A stretch of DNA of 63,885 nucleotides, the filler included, from an uncultured bacterium (GTDB taxonomy: Bacteria > CAZSTA01), in assembly GCA_964609495.1 (NCBI GenBank). It is 4 parts of 4 records of this genome, joined end to end, with 100 filler letters (N's around TTAATTAATTAA, not from the genome) between each part and the next. Parts side by side here need not be neighbours in the genome. Positions count along the whole stretch, not along the records: positions 51,699 to 63,885 come from CAZSTA010000103.1; 3 more parts are not named here. One strand, given 5' to 3'. Position 1 is the stretch's first letter. Each line of letters opens with the position of its first letter. Under the pieces are notes generated by a model. It saw only the letters and a list, made by a program, of their open reading frames with translations. It did not search any database and was not told where the DNA came from. The position numbers and the translations under genes were made by a program. Below, in pieces: positions 54,563-63,209 of this stretch.

Positions 54563-57193
54563 TTGATCGCTATTTCCAAAATTTGGCGGCATCGAGGTAA
54601 GGAAAGGGAGGATATAGAACGCGAATTCATCGCTGAATTAGGTATCTCTCCGCTTCTAGCCCGTTTGTTGATTAATCGGGGGGTCGATGATCTACAAAAA
54701 GCCAAATTATTTATGAACCCCGGTTTAGACCAATTACATCCTCCCCGAATGATGAAGGGGATAGAGGAGGCTTCCGAGAGGATCAAGTATGGGCTGGCTA
54801 ATAGAGAGAGGATCGTTATTTATGGAGATTATGATGTTGATGGATTGACCAGCACCGCTCTTTTGATGTCAGCTTTAAGAAACTTGGGAGGTTCGCCTCG
54901 TTGCTATATCCCCAATCGGCTGAGTGAGGGATATGGATTGACGGAGGATTCCTTAAATAAGATTCGCGAAGATGGAGTCGATCTATTGATCACGGTCGAT
55001 TGTGGCATAACTGCCACTAAAGAGAGTCATTTGGCCAAGAAGCTGGGCATAGATCTTATCGTTATCGATCATCATCGTCCTAAAGAGGAACTTCCGCAAG
55101 CGGTGAGCTTAATAGATCCTAAGCAAGAGGATTGCAATTATCCATTCTCCGAACTTACCGGGGTAGCCTTGACGTTTAAGCTAGCCCAGAGGTTATTTGA
55201 AGCTTATGGAAAGGATTCCTCTCTCGCCTATAGTTATCTAGACTTGGTAGCTTTAGGAACTATCGCTGATATTGCTCCTCTGATCAGTGAGAATAGGATA
55301 CTTATAAAGGAGGGATTGAAAGCTCTAAGTAATACTCAGCGTCCTGGCTTAAGAGCTTTGATATCATCTGCTGGTCTGGAGGGGAGGGAGTTGAGTGTGG
55401 GGCAGGTGGGGTATATCATCGCTCCCAGGATTAATGCGGCGGGTAGGCTTTCTGACCCTCGATCTGCATTGAAATTACTGCTCTCCGATTCCCCGGAGGA
55501 AGCTCAAAGGTTGGCCCTTAAACTCAATTATGAGAATGCTGAGAGACAGAGATTGGAGAAGAAGATATTAGAAGAGGCTTTAGCTTTGTGTGAGGAGATC
55601 GATTTTGATAAAGAGCGAGTTTTGGTTCTCGCTCATCCCGATTGGCATTTTGGAGTTATCGGGATCGTAGCTTCTCGGATAGTAGAGAGGCTATACCGCC
55701 CCACGATATTGATCTCCCTGGAGAATGGCCGAGGAAGAGGATCGGCGAGAAGTATCCCCAATTTCTCGATCTTCAAGGCTTTAGTTGAGTGTAGTTCTTA
55801 TTTGATCAAATTCGGAGGACATACTTATGCGGCTGGGCTTGAGATCGAAAGCGATAAGATAGCTGACTTCAGGGAGAAGATAAATCTTATCGCCTCCCAG
55901 TGGTTAGAGGAGAAGGATCTAATACCCAGCTTGAATATAGATGCCAAATTAAGCCTAGAGCAGGTAAATTTGGAATTGGCGGAGGAACTCGAACAATTAG
56001 CTCCCTATGGAAATGGCAATCCAAAACCGATCTTTGCCAGCTACGATCTGGTAGCTACGGATTGTCAACAAATGGGAAGAGGAGGGGATCATTTAAGGAT
56101 CCGGTTCAGGGAGGATAACTGGGTAAGAGAAGGGATTGGCTTTCGCATGGGAGACAAATTGGAAGCTTTTCTATCTCCCGCTTGGCCTAGGATAGATATA
56201 GCTTATACCTTAGATGCGGAGAGGAGAGAGGGAGGGAAACGATGTAGCTTAAAGTTCACGGACCTTAAGATCAAGGAGGCGGAACTCGATAACGAATCTT
56301 TCCTAGAGGGGTTGTTTCAAAGAGCAAGGGACATTCTAAGGATAAGCTCTTACCGAAGATCAGAGCTAGATATTATTTATGGTAGATTTAAGGAGGCCTT
56401 CAGCGTCGATCATAAAATCTCTCGGAGTTCTCCCTTACCGATAATAGATAAACGTTCGATAGCAGATAAGAGAGGAGTCTTGAGAGAACTCATATCTTCT
56501 TCCTCTGAAAGGACGCTAATTTATCTGCTTCGTGTCGAGGATGCGATCAACTTAGCCGATATTTTAAGGTGGGAGTTCCCTGAGAAGAGAAATTCCATAG
56601 CCTATTATCATCTGGGGCTTGCTCGTTCTACTCAATATCGAATAAAGGACATGTTCTCAAGGGGAGATATAAGGATTATATCGCTCTCAACAGGATGTAG
56701 GGAGATGGAGCTAGAGGAGAGCAGTGAGAGGGTTATTTTTTATTCCCTGGCTCCTGAACTCGCATGGTGGCAGGAAGAGGGGAGAGAACTGAGTAGAAGA
56801 AGGGAAATCCCGATAGGGCTTCTCTTCGGGGAAGAAGATATTCATTACAACGAAAAGGTTTGGGATATAATAGCCCCTGAGCTAGATACTCTACGAAGTT
56901 TATATAAAGTTCTTAATTCGAGACAAAGAACATCGATCGGCTTATCCTCTTCTGATATAGATATTATAACTCGTCAGGTGAGTTTATCGGCGTATACTGT
57001 ATCGGTAGGACTGGACATTTTCAGAGAATTAAAGTTAATTAAGCAAGAAAGAGAAGGATATATATCTTTAGTCCCTGTATCTCATAAGGTGGACATTTTC
57101 TCTTCGAATATCTTTTCGGAAAGACAAAGTATCAAAACAGCCGGTAGAGAATGGGAGAGACGTCTCCTTCGAACTCCTGAGGATGAACTATAA
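54563..57193 (+). CDS. recJ: ssDNA exonuclease RecJ with a long C-terminal extension
   Basis: YGDYDVDG, TVDCG, DHH, LGTIAD, PRINAAGR, GSARS, GGH..AAG and PYG.GNP motifs. Confidence 0.95.
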   Translation: MIAISKIWRHRGKEREDIEREFIAELGISPLLARLLINRGVDDLQKAKLFMNPGLDQLHPPRMMKGIEEASERIKYGLANRERIVIYGDYDVDGLTSTALLMSALRNLGGSPRCYIPNRLSEGYGLTEDSLNKIREDGVDLLITVDCGITATKESHLAKKLGIDLIVIDHHRPKEELPQAVSLIDPKQEDCNYPFSELTGVALTFKLAQRLFEAYGKDSSLAYSYLDLVALGTIADIAPLISENRILIKEGLKALSNTQRPGLRALISSAGLEGRELSVGQVGYIIAPRINAAGRLSDPRSALKLLLSDSPEEAQRLALKLNYENAERQRLEKKILEEALALCEEIDFDKERVLVLAHPDWHFGVIGIVASRIVERLYRPTILISLENGRGRGSARSIPNFSIFKALVECSSYLIKFGGHTYAAGLEIESDKIADFREKINLIASQWLEEKDLIPSLNIDAKLSLEQVNLELAEELEQLAPYGNGNPKPIFASYDLVATDCQQMGRGGDHLRIRFREDNWVREGIGFRMGDKLEAFLSPAWPRIDIAYTLDAERREGGKRCSLKFTDLKIKEAELDNESFLEGLFQRARDILRISSYRRSELDIIYGRFKEAFSVDHKISRSSPLPIIDKRSIADKRGVLRELISSSSERTLIYLLRVEDAINLADILRWEFPEKRNSIAYYHLGLARSTQYRIKDMFSRGDIRIISLSTGCREMELEESSERVIFYSLAPELAWWQEEGRELSRRREIPIGLLFGEEDIHYNEKVWDIIAPELDTLRSLYKVLNSRQRTSIGLSSSDIDIITRQVSLSAYTVSVGLDIFRELKLIKQEREGYISLVPVSHKVDIFSSNIFSERQSIKTAGREWERRLLRTPEDEL

Positions 57194-57244
57194 TTTTTCA
57201 ATTAATTTATCTAACGGACCTTAATCAAGAGAGGAGATGATCCT

Positions 57245-57616
57245 GTGGCGCAAACCAGAACCGAGCAGATGATCGCTATGTTGAAGGATTTGCAGGCGAG
57301 CACACCTGATATTGAAGCGGCGGCTGTAGTTAGTGTTGATGGCTTGATGATGGCTTCGGCCCTCCCCGCCGACGTTGAGGAGGAGAGAATCGCGGCTATG
57401 TCAGCAGCTATGCTCAGCCTGGGAGAGAGAACCGCTCAGGAATTGAGGCGGGGTGTTCTTGAGCAAGTATTTGTGAAAGGTGAAGATGGCTATATATTGC
57501 TGATGGGTGCGGGGGAAGAGGCAGTCCTAACCACCTTAGCGAGGAAGGAGGCGAAGTTAGGGCTCATATTTTTGGATATGAGGAGAACCGCGAGAGAGCT
57601 GGGAAGAATAGTTTGA
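57245..57616 (+). CDS. Roadblock/LC7 (MglB-like) protein
   Basis: AAVVSVDGL..AS, AAMSAA.LSLGER...EL..G.LEQ and AKLGLIFLDM motifs. Confidence 0.93.
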   Translation: MAQTRTEQMIAMLKDLQASTPDIEAAAVVSVDGLMMASALPADVEEERIAAMSAAMLSLGERTAQELRRGVLEQVFVKGEDGYILLMGAGEEAVLTTLARKEAKLGLIFLDMRRTARELGRIV

Positions 57617-57646
57617 TACAATCTATCCTGGTAAGGGGGTTTATCT

Positions 57647-58162
57647 ATGTGGTTGAAGATGTTCGGCCTAGCTCGGCATCTGAGATTGGATTCAGATCAA
57701 GGAGCTCTTAAAGTCAAGGACATACGATTTTTACTGATTCCTGGAGAAGTATTCCCTCAACTTTATATGGGGATGGAAGATCTCCTGGGGAGAGCAGCCG
57801 GCCCTCTTCTTTATAATGCTGGCAAAAGTGTGGGTGGCAAATATATGGAATTGATACCTGTACTTGGTATTGATGTTAGCACAGAGCGAGGTATAGTTCA
57901 GGCTCTGGAGCAGTTCAGCACTCTCTCAGGGATGGGGAGAACTGAGGTAACAGAGATAAGTTTAGCTGAGAAGAGGATAGTGATAAGAATCTATGGACTT
58001 ATTACTGCCTTAGGGATAAAGTCGAAGAGACCTGTCTGTCATTTAGTCAGGGGGGTATTTGCCAAATCACTGGAGACGGTGACGGGAGAGAGAGCGGTAT
58101 GCGAGGAGACGAAGTGTGTTGCTGTAGGGGATGAATATTGCGAGTTTGTACTACATACCTAA
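57647..58162 (+). CDS. Stand-alone V4R (XylR_N/V4R-type ligand-binding) protein
   Basis: LYNAGK..G, SGMG, PVCH..RG.F and EETKCVAVGDEYCEF motifs. Confidence 0.88.
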   Translation: MWLKMFGLARHLRLDSDQGALKVKDIRFLLIPGEVFPQLYMGMEDLLGRAAGPLLYNAGKSVGGKYMELIPVLGIDVSTERGIVQALEQFSTLSGMGRTEVTEISLAEKRIVIRIYGLITALGIKSKRPVCHLVRGVFAKSLETVTGERAVCEETKCVAVGDEYCEFVLHT

Positions 58163-58250
58163 TAGTTCTTTCCGCTTATTCTTGGAAGTGGGGTGGGGAG
58201 ATTCCGATACTTTATTTATCAGAAATTGTGCCAGTTTCAAGGAGAATTAT

Positions 58251-58347
58251 TTAAATAAAGGAAACTTTTGCAGTCAATAAAACTAAAGGTGAAAAAGTTT
58301 CCTTTACACTCTCCCCTAACCCCTCCCCCTCAAGGGAGGGGGAATAA
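58251..58347 (+). repeat. Repeat family modules C+B inserted inside the GTPase module
   Basis: Reverse-complement match to 26776-26906 with an internal deletion; TAAAGGAAACTTTT/AAAAGTTTCCTTTA inverted repeat. Confidence 0.8.
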
Positions 58348-58381
58348 ATATGATTTCCCTCGAAGGAGAGGTGGAGTAAAT

Positions 58382-59155
58382 ATGGAGCTAGCTGGAGATC
58401 TAAGCACTCATAAATTTTCTCTTCTTTTAACTTCCTTAGGCGAGGAGAAGACAACTGGAACTCTAAGGATCATAAGCGGAGATAAGAAATGGACTGTTTG
58501 CTTAAGAGAGGGTTCTATCGTCTTCGCAGGTTCAGGGAGGGATAGGCATTTATCAGATTTACTAGAATCAGCAAATAAATTGACTCGGCAACAAGTTAAG
58601 AGAGCGCTTCAGGCACAGTTGAGAGAACCTACAAAGCACTTTGGAGATATCCTAGTTGAGATGGGGATAATGGATGAGGAAGAGTTGATATCTTCTGTAA
58701 GAGAGCAGATAAATGAGACAATTTATGATCTTATGGATTTGGAGGAAGGAGAATATAAATTCGAGGAGGGTAGGTTGCCCTTTGAGGAGGATATGATAGT
58801 TTCGCTAGATGTTGACCTTCTGATCGAGGAGAAGGCTAAGAGGACCGAGGAGTTGGGAGTTATAAATCAGTGGCTTCCCTCCTCCGAATTAGTTTTACAG
58901 TTGTCTCTCAATCCTGAGAGAGATGTTCGGGATATCCATTTGAGCTCTCGAGAGTGGGGGGTTCTATCCTTAGTGGATGGAGAGAAAAGCATAGCCGAGA
59001 TAGTAGATTTGAGCTATCTCGGTGAGTTCGAGGTTTTCAGGATCCTATATAAGTTCTTCTCGATGGGGTTATTAGAGAGAGCTGATGAGGAGGAGTCCTT
59101 GCCGATAACTAAAGATGTGATCTTAAGAATTATAGATAGGATAAGTGATCTTTAG
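58382..59155 (+). CDS. DUF4388 (PATAN-like) protein with MshEN-like insert and C-terminal winged helix
   Basis: L.GDL, TGTLRI and GEYKFE motifs; FGDILVEMG; EW.VLSLVDG..SIAEI. ATG 58382 lies behind AGGAGAGGTGGAG. Confidence 0.8.
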   Translation: MELAGDLSTHKFSLLLTSLGEEKTTGTLRIISGDKKWTVCLREGSIVFAGSGRDRHLSDLLESANKLTRQQVKRALQAQLREPTKHFGDILVEMGIMDEEELISSVREQINETIYDLMDLEEGEYKFEEGRLPFEEDMIVSLDVDLLIEEKAKRTEELGVINQWLPSSELVLQLSLNPERDVRDIHLSSREWGVLSLVDGEKSIAEIVDLSYLGEFEVFRILYKFFSMGLLERADEEESLPITKDVILRIIDRISDL

Positions 59156-59166
59156 AGAGGGATGAT

Positions 59167-59685
59167 ATGCTAGCGGTAAAAATAGTAGTCACGGGCGCTT
59201 TCAATGCGGGAAAAACCGAATTTATTCAAACAATAAGCGATATCGAGGTAACAGCAGGGGAGAGAAGAATAACGGAGGCCACAAAGGTTATAGGGAAAGA
59301 AGTGGCAATGGACTTCGGAAGGATAAGTATTTCTGATGATTTAGTTCTCTACTTGTTTGGGACCCCAGGGCAAAAGAGTTTCGATTTTATGTGGGATATT
59401 CTCTCTCGGGAGATGTTAGGTTTCATAATTATCGTGGATAGCACTCAACCAGGGACATTTCAAGAGACGAAGGAGGTGATAGATTATTTCGAGAAATTAT
59501 CTGGAGTTCCTTTTGTCATTGCGGCTAATAAGCGAGATATGCCCGAGGCAGTCCCTTTAGAGGAACTCCGTCAAAAGTTAGATTTAGATGATAGGGTGGA
59601 GATCTTGTCTTGTGTGGCTTTCGATAAGGAGAGCGTAAAAAAGGTGATTTTGAAGTTATTGTATCTAGTATTGGAGAATATGTAG
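59167..59685 (+). CDS. Small Ras-like GTPase (MglA group / conservon CvnD-like)
   Basis: G1 GAFNAGKT, VAMDFG, G3 FGTPGQ and G4 ANKRD. Confidence 0.92.
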   Translation: MLAVKIVVTGAFNAGKTEFIQTISDIEVTAGERRITEATKVIGKEVAMDFGRISISDDLVLYLFGTPGQKSFDFMWDILSREMLGFIIIVDSTQPGTFQETKEVIDYFEKLSGVPFVIAANKRDMPEAVPLEELRQKLDLDDRVEILSCVAFDKESVKKVILKLLYLVLENM

Positions 59686-59699
59686 AGTTATATCTGCGG

Positions 59700-59736
59700 G
59701 TCAAGAAAACCCCGAGGCTTGTCTCGGGGAGTGTCA
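59700..59736 (+). repeat. Hairpin resembling an IS200/IS605-family end
   Basis: GTCAAGAAAA-CCCCGAG-GCTTGT-CTCGGGG-AGTGTCA. Confidence 0.5.
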
Positions 59737-59789
59737 CCCTGGGGGGAATTTATTCAGTATGATATCAATTATAGAGGAGAGATAAATAG

Positions 59790-60164
59790 ATGCCTTTAAG
59801 CAAAGCTGAGAGGATGGAGAATATCCTCAGAACTCTGCGAAGTGCTGCTCCAGGCATTCTGGCTGATGCGGTAGTTAGTAGGAGTGATGGATTGATCATA
59901 GCCTCTGCCTTTCCCGCGGATGAGCAAGGGGAGAGGATGGCTGCTATGTCATCCGCTATGCTAAAGGTTGGGGAGAGAGCCGCCCAAGAGTTAGAGGTGG
60001 GTAGTCTGGGACAGATGTTCTTGAGAGGAAAGAACGCTTCCTTATTCCTGGTAGAAGCTGGAGAAAACGCTGTTCTTACCGCTTTAGCTAGTAAAAGTGC
60101 TCAACCAGGTTTAGTTCTTCTCCGCATGAGGAGAGCAGCAGCCGAGATCAGGGAGATAATCTGA
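59790..60164 (+). CDS. Second roadblock/LC7 (MglB-like) protein
   Basis: Alignable to 57245-57616 (DGLIIASA.PAD, AAMSSAML..GER.AQEL, AVLT.LA). Confidence 0.9.
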   Translation: MPLSKAERMENILRTLRSAAPGILADAVVSRSDGLIIASAFPADEQGERMAAMSSAMLKVGERAAQELEVGSLGQMFLRGKNASLFLVEAGENAVLTALASKSAQPGLVLLRMRRAAAEIREII

Positions 60165-60365
60165 GATGTTTTCTCTTATCCTTCCCTTGATTATCAAGGA
60201 TAATAGTTGGTCTCTAGTTTATGTTTTGTAAGTTTTCTACTTTAAATAAAAGGGAAGGTAGAGAAGGAAAAACGTTACTATTATAGAGATTGAGTGTGAT
60301 CTTCTTGCGGTTGTTTAGGCTTTCCTATTGTGGTGTCTTTCACCAGATATAGATGAGAGGATATC

Positions 60366-63179
60366 TTGCCCACTATCGATGATTTAAGAAGAAGGGTATT
60401 ACGTGGATTAGCTCGTGTCACCTATCAGCATAGTTCATTGGTGTTGCTAGGTGCTGGTCTTATTACTTTAATATTAGGGATCGTAGCTCTGAGGTTAGAG
60501 GCAAAGGTTGATATACCCTCACTACTCGATGATTCGGAGGTGGTGAGACGCTTCGATTATGTTTCGAAGAACTTTGGTAGCGCTAATAGCCTCTTCATTC
60601 TGGTTGAGAGCGAGAAAGGTGATATAAAATCTGCTGAGGAATACCTCGAAGCTTTGGCAGATAGATTAGAAGAATTGAAGGAAGAGGAAGCCGGAGGATG
60701 GGTCAAGTTCGTCGATTATAAAATTGATGTTGATTTCTTAAAGGAGCACTCTCTCTTCTATCTTTCCCAAGAGGCTTTAGAGGATATAAGGGAGAGATTG
60801 CTTTCTAATAAGAAAGAGATAGAATCTCTTCTTTCCCGCTTCGGCTTAGTCAGCTTATACCAAGGGGTTAATGATAGATTAGAGAGGAGAGTAGCTCAAG
60901 GAGAGGTATTCGTTGCGGAAGAGGAGGTGGTGAATGAACTAGGGGCGCTACTCCAACTGGTAAAGGTAACTGAAGGATGGGTAAATAGCGATAGGGAGGA
61001 CCGAGACGCAGTAGAGAAGGCGATCACTGATTTTCTGATAGGCGGTCAAGAGGTCGAGGGAACAGAGATGCTCGCCAGCAAGTATTATCTATCGAAGGAT
61101 AAAACCGCTCTCTTGATGATGGTTCAACCCGCCTACCCTACCACCGATGCCAAATATAACGATCCCTTTATCGCCAAAGTGAGAGAGCAGGTGGAGGAAG
61201 TTCATAAAAACTTTCCTTCCCTTGAAATAGGGTTAACTGGAGATCCCGCCTTTATGTCGGAGTGGATGGGGGCTCTTTGGAGGGATGTGAAGTTCATATC
61301 CTTGATAGCCCTCTTAGGTGTCGTGCTGATAGTGACTCTCTCCTATAGCAAGTTATCTTATCCCTTATTCGCCGCTATTCCTCTCATTATGAGCGCTATA
61401 TGTACCCTCGGCTTCACTGCAATGTTCATCGGATATTTGACTATCTTCACCGCGGTATCCGCCTCGATTATCTTTGGAGTTGGTATAGACTCCTCGATAC
61501 ATCTGATCTCCCGCTATGAGGAGGAGAGGAAGAAGGGGTGGGGGGTTCGAGAGGCAATAGCGATAACTATTACTAGCACTGGACAAAGTGTAGTCACGGG
61601 AGGATTGACAGCCTCCGTTGCCTTCTTTGTCCTGATGATAATGGGTTTCAAGGGTCTATCCGAGGTAGGATTTGTCGCTGGATGCGGGATACTGACCTGC
61701 TTAGTATTTATGCTCTTTCTCATTCCTTCCCTAATATCTATAAAGGAAAGAGCCAGTGAGGCGAAACTACGGGGACATACTAGAGGGAAGAATCCTCTAA
61801 GTATAGGCCCTAGAGCGATAAGTAAAGCTATGGATTTTATAGCCCAGGTGGTAACCACTAACTTCAAGGCTTGTCTGATCGCGGGCTTAATCATAACTAT
61901 CCTCCTCAGCTTCCAATTAAGGAATGTGAAATTCAGCTATAGTTGGTTAGATCTTCAAGCTAGTGGTGGTGATGTCATCAAGTTGCTATATAAGGTTATA
62001 GATAAGTATGGGAGGTCCTTGGATTATGGGGTAGTGCTTGCTGATAACTTAGAGGAGGCGCGTCGATTGACGGATAAGCTCAAAGCTCAATCGACTATCG
62101 CCAAGGTCGAATCGATCACCAACTACTTGCCCGAAGATCAAGATGAGAAGAAGGAGATAATCGCCAAGCTGGGAGAAGAAATAGGGTGGCTTAAACCGAA
62201 TCCCCAAAGTTCTGAGGAGAAGTTAAATGTCGATCTGCTGGCGGAACAGCTCAAACGGCTAGGGGTCAATATCGAGGAGCTCTCGATCTCCGCTTTCCTC
62301 GGGGGATTAGATCGGATAGCAGACAAGAGCGAGGAATTATCCTCTAACCTCGATGAACTCATACAAGATATAAACTCTCGTGACAAAGATAAAGTTAAGG
62401 TTAGTTTAGATTCTCTCCAAAGGGAAATGGACGACTTGATCCATCAGATCTTTGAGGAGATGAATGTGATGACCAGGGCTCAGGAAGTTACGCTTGATAA
62501 CCTTCCCTTCAATATTAAAGCGATGTTCACGGAAAAGAGCGATAAAGAAGTTGGAAATGGTAAATATATAATCTTAGCCTATCCAGCTGAGAATATCTGG
62601 AACAAGGAGTATTTATTTAAACATCTGGATGAGCTGAAGGGCGTATCCGCTAAATCTACGGGGATCGGAGTTCTATTCGCTCAAATTATGAAGGAGATGA
62701 GGCAAAATCTAAGGAATACTAGTGTTGCCGCTTTGCTTGTCGTTGCTATGTTGGTATTTGCGGATTATGGGATCTTAAGAACCGCTGCTTTGGCTATGGT
62801 CCCGGTATTGACAGGGATCCTGTGGTTATTAGGGACTATGGGGCTTATAGGAATGAAATTCAATGCGGTGAATATGGCCGCTATACCGATGATCATAGGA
62901 ACGGGCGCCGCTTATGGAGTGCATGTCATCCATCGCTATCGTTCGGAGGGGAGAGGGGGAATTGTGCTTGCTCTTTCAAGTTGTGGTAAGGCTGTTCTTC
63001 TCTCAGCCTTTACTACTATGGCTGGTTTTGGAAGTATAGCTTTAGCCTCCCATCAGGGGTTGGCTAGTATAGGTAAGATACTAACTATGGGAGTTTTCTT
63101 TTGTTTGTTAATCTCCCTTACCATCTTACCAGCTATTATATCACTCCTAGAGTGGCGAGGAGAGAAAAACTTGAGTTAA
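60366..63179 (+). CDS. MMPL/RND family lipid transporter (HpnN-like)
   Basis: Two TM repeats with large loops; GLTG.P, GVGID..IHL..RY.EE and LSAFTTMAGFG..ALASH.GL.S.G motifs. Confidence 0.85.
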   Translation: MPTIDDLRRRVLRGLARVTYQHSSLVLLGAGLITLILGIVALRLEAKVDIPSLLDDSEVVRRFDYVSKNFGSANSLFILVESEKGDIKSAEEYLEALADRLEELKEEEAGGWVKFVDYKIDVDFLKEHSLFYLSQEALEDIRERLLSNKKEIESLLSRFGLVSLYQGVNDRLERRVAQGEVFVAEEEVVNELGALLQLVKVTEGWVNSDREDRDAVEKAITDFLIGGQEVEGTEMLASKYYLSKDKTALLMMVQPAYPTTDAKYNDPFIAKVREQVEEVHKNFPSLEIGLTGDPAFMSEWMGALWRDVKFISLIALLGVVLIVTLSYSKLSYPLFAAIPLIMSAICTLGFTAMFIGYLTIFTAVSASIIFGVGIDSSIHLISRYEEERKKGWGVREAIAITITSTGQSVVTGGLTASVAFFVLMIMGFKGLSEVGFVAGCGILTCLVFMLFLIPSLISIKERASEAKLRGHTRGKNPLSIGPRAISKAMDFIAQVVTTNFKACLIAGLIITILLSFQLRNVKFSYSWLDLQASGGDVIKLLYKVIDKYGRSLDYGVVLADNLEEARRLTDKLKAQSTIAKVESITNYLPEDQDEKKEIIAKLGEEIGWLKPNPQSSEEKLNVDLLAEQLKRLGVNIEELSISAFLGGLDRIADKSEELSSNLDELIQDINSRDKDKVKVSLDSLQREMDDLIHQIFEEMNVMTRAQEVTLDNLPFNIKAMFTEKSDKEVGNGKYIILAYPAENIWNKEYLFKHLDELKGVSAKSTGIGVLFAQIMKEMRQNLRNTSVAALLVVAMLVFADYGILRTAALAMVPVLTGILWLLGTMGLIGMKFNAVNMAAIPMIIGTGAAYGVHVIHRYRSEGRGGIVLALSSCGKAVLLSAFTTMAGFGSIALASHQGLASIGKILTMGVFFCLLISLTILPAIISLLEWRGEKNLS

Positions 63180-63209
63180 GTAGTTTCGAATAGGAGGGAT
63201 AGGGGGAAG

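Noticed and set aside
58268-58381. N-terminal extension of the DUF4388 ORF (PLHSPLTPPPQGRG)
   Set aside because: It is a translation of the inserted repeat; the SD-supported start is ATG 58382.
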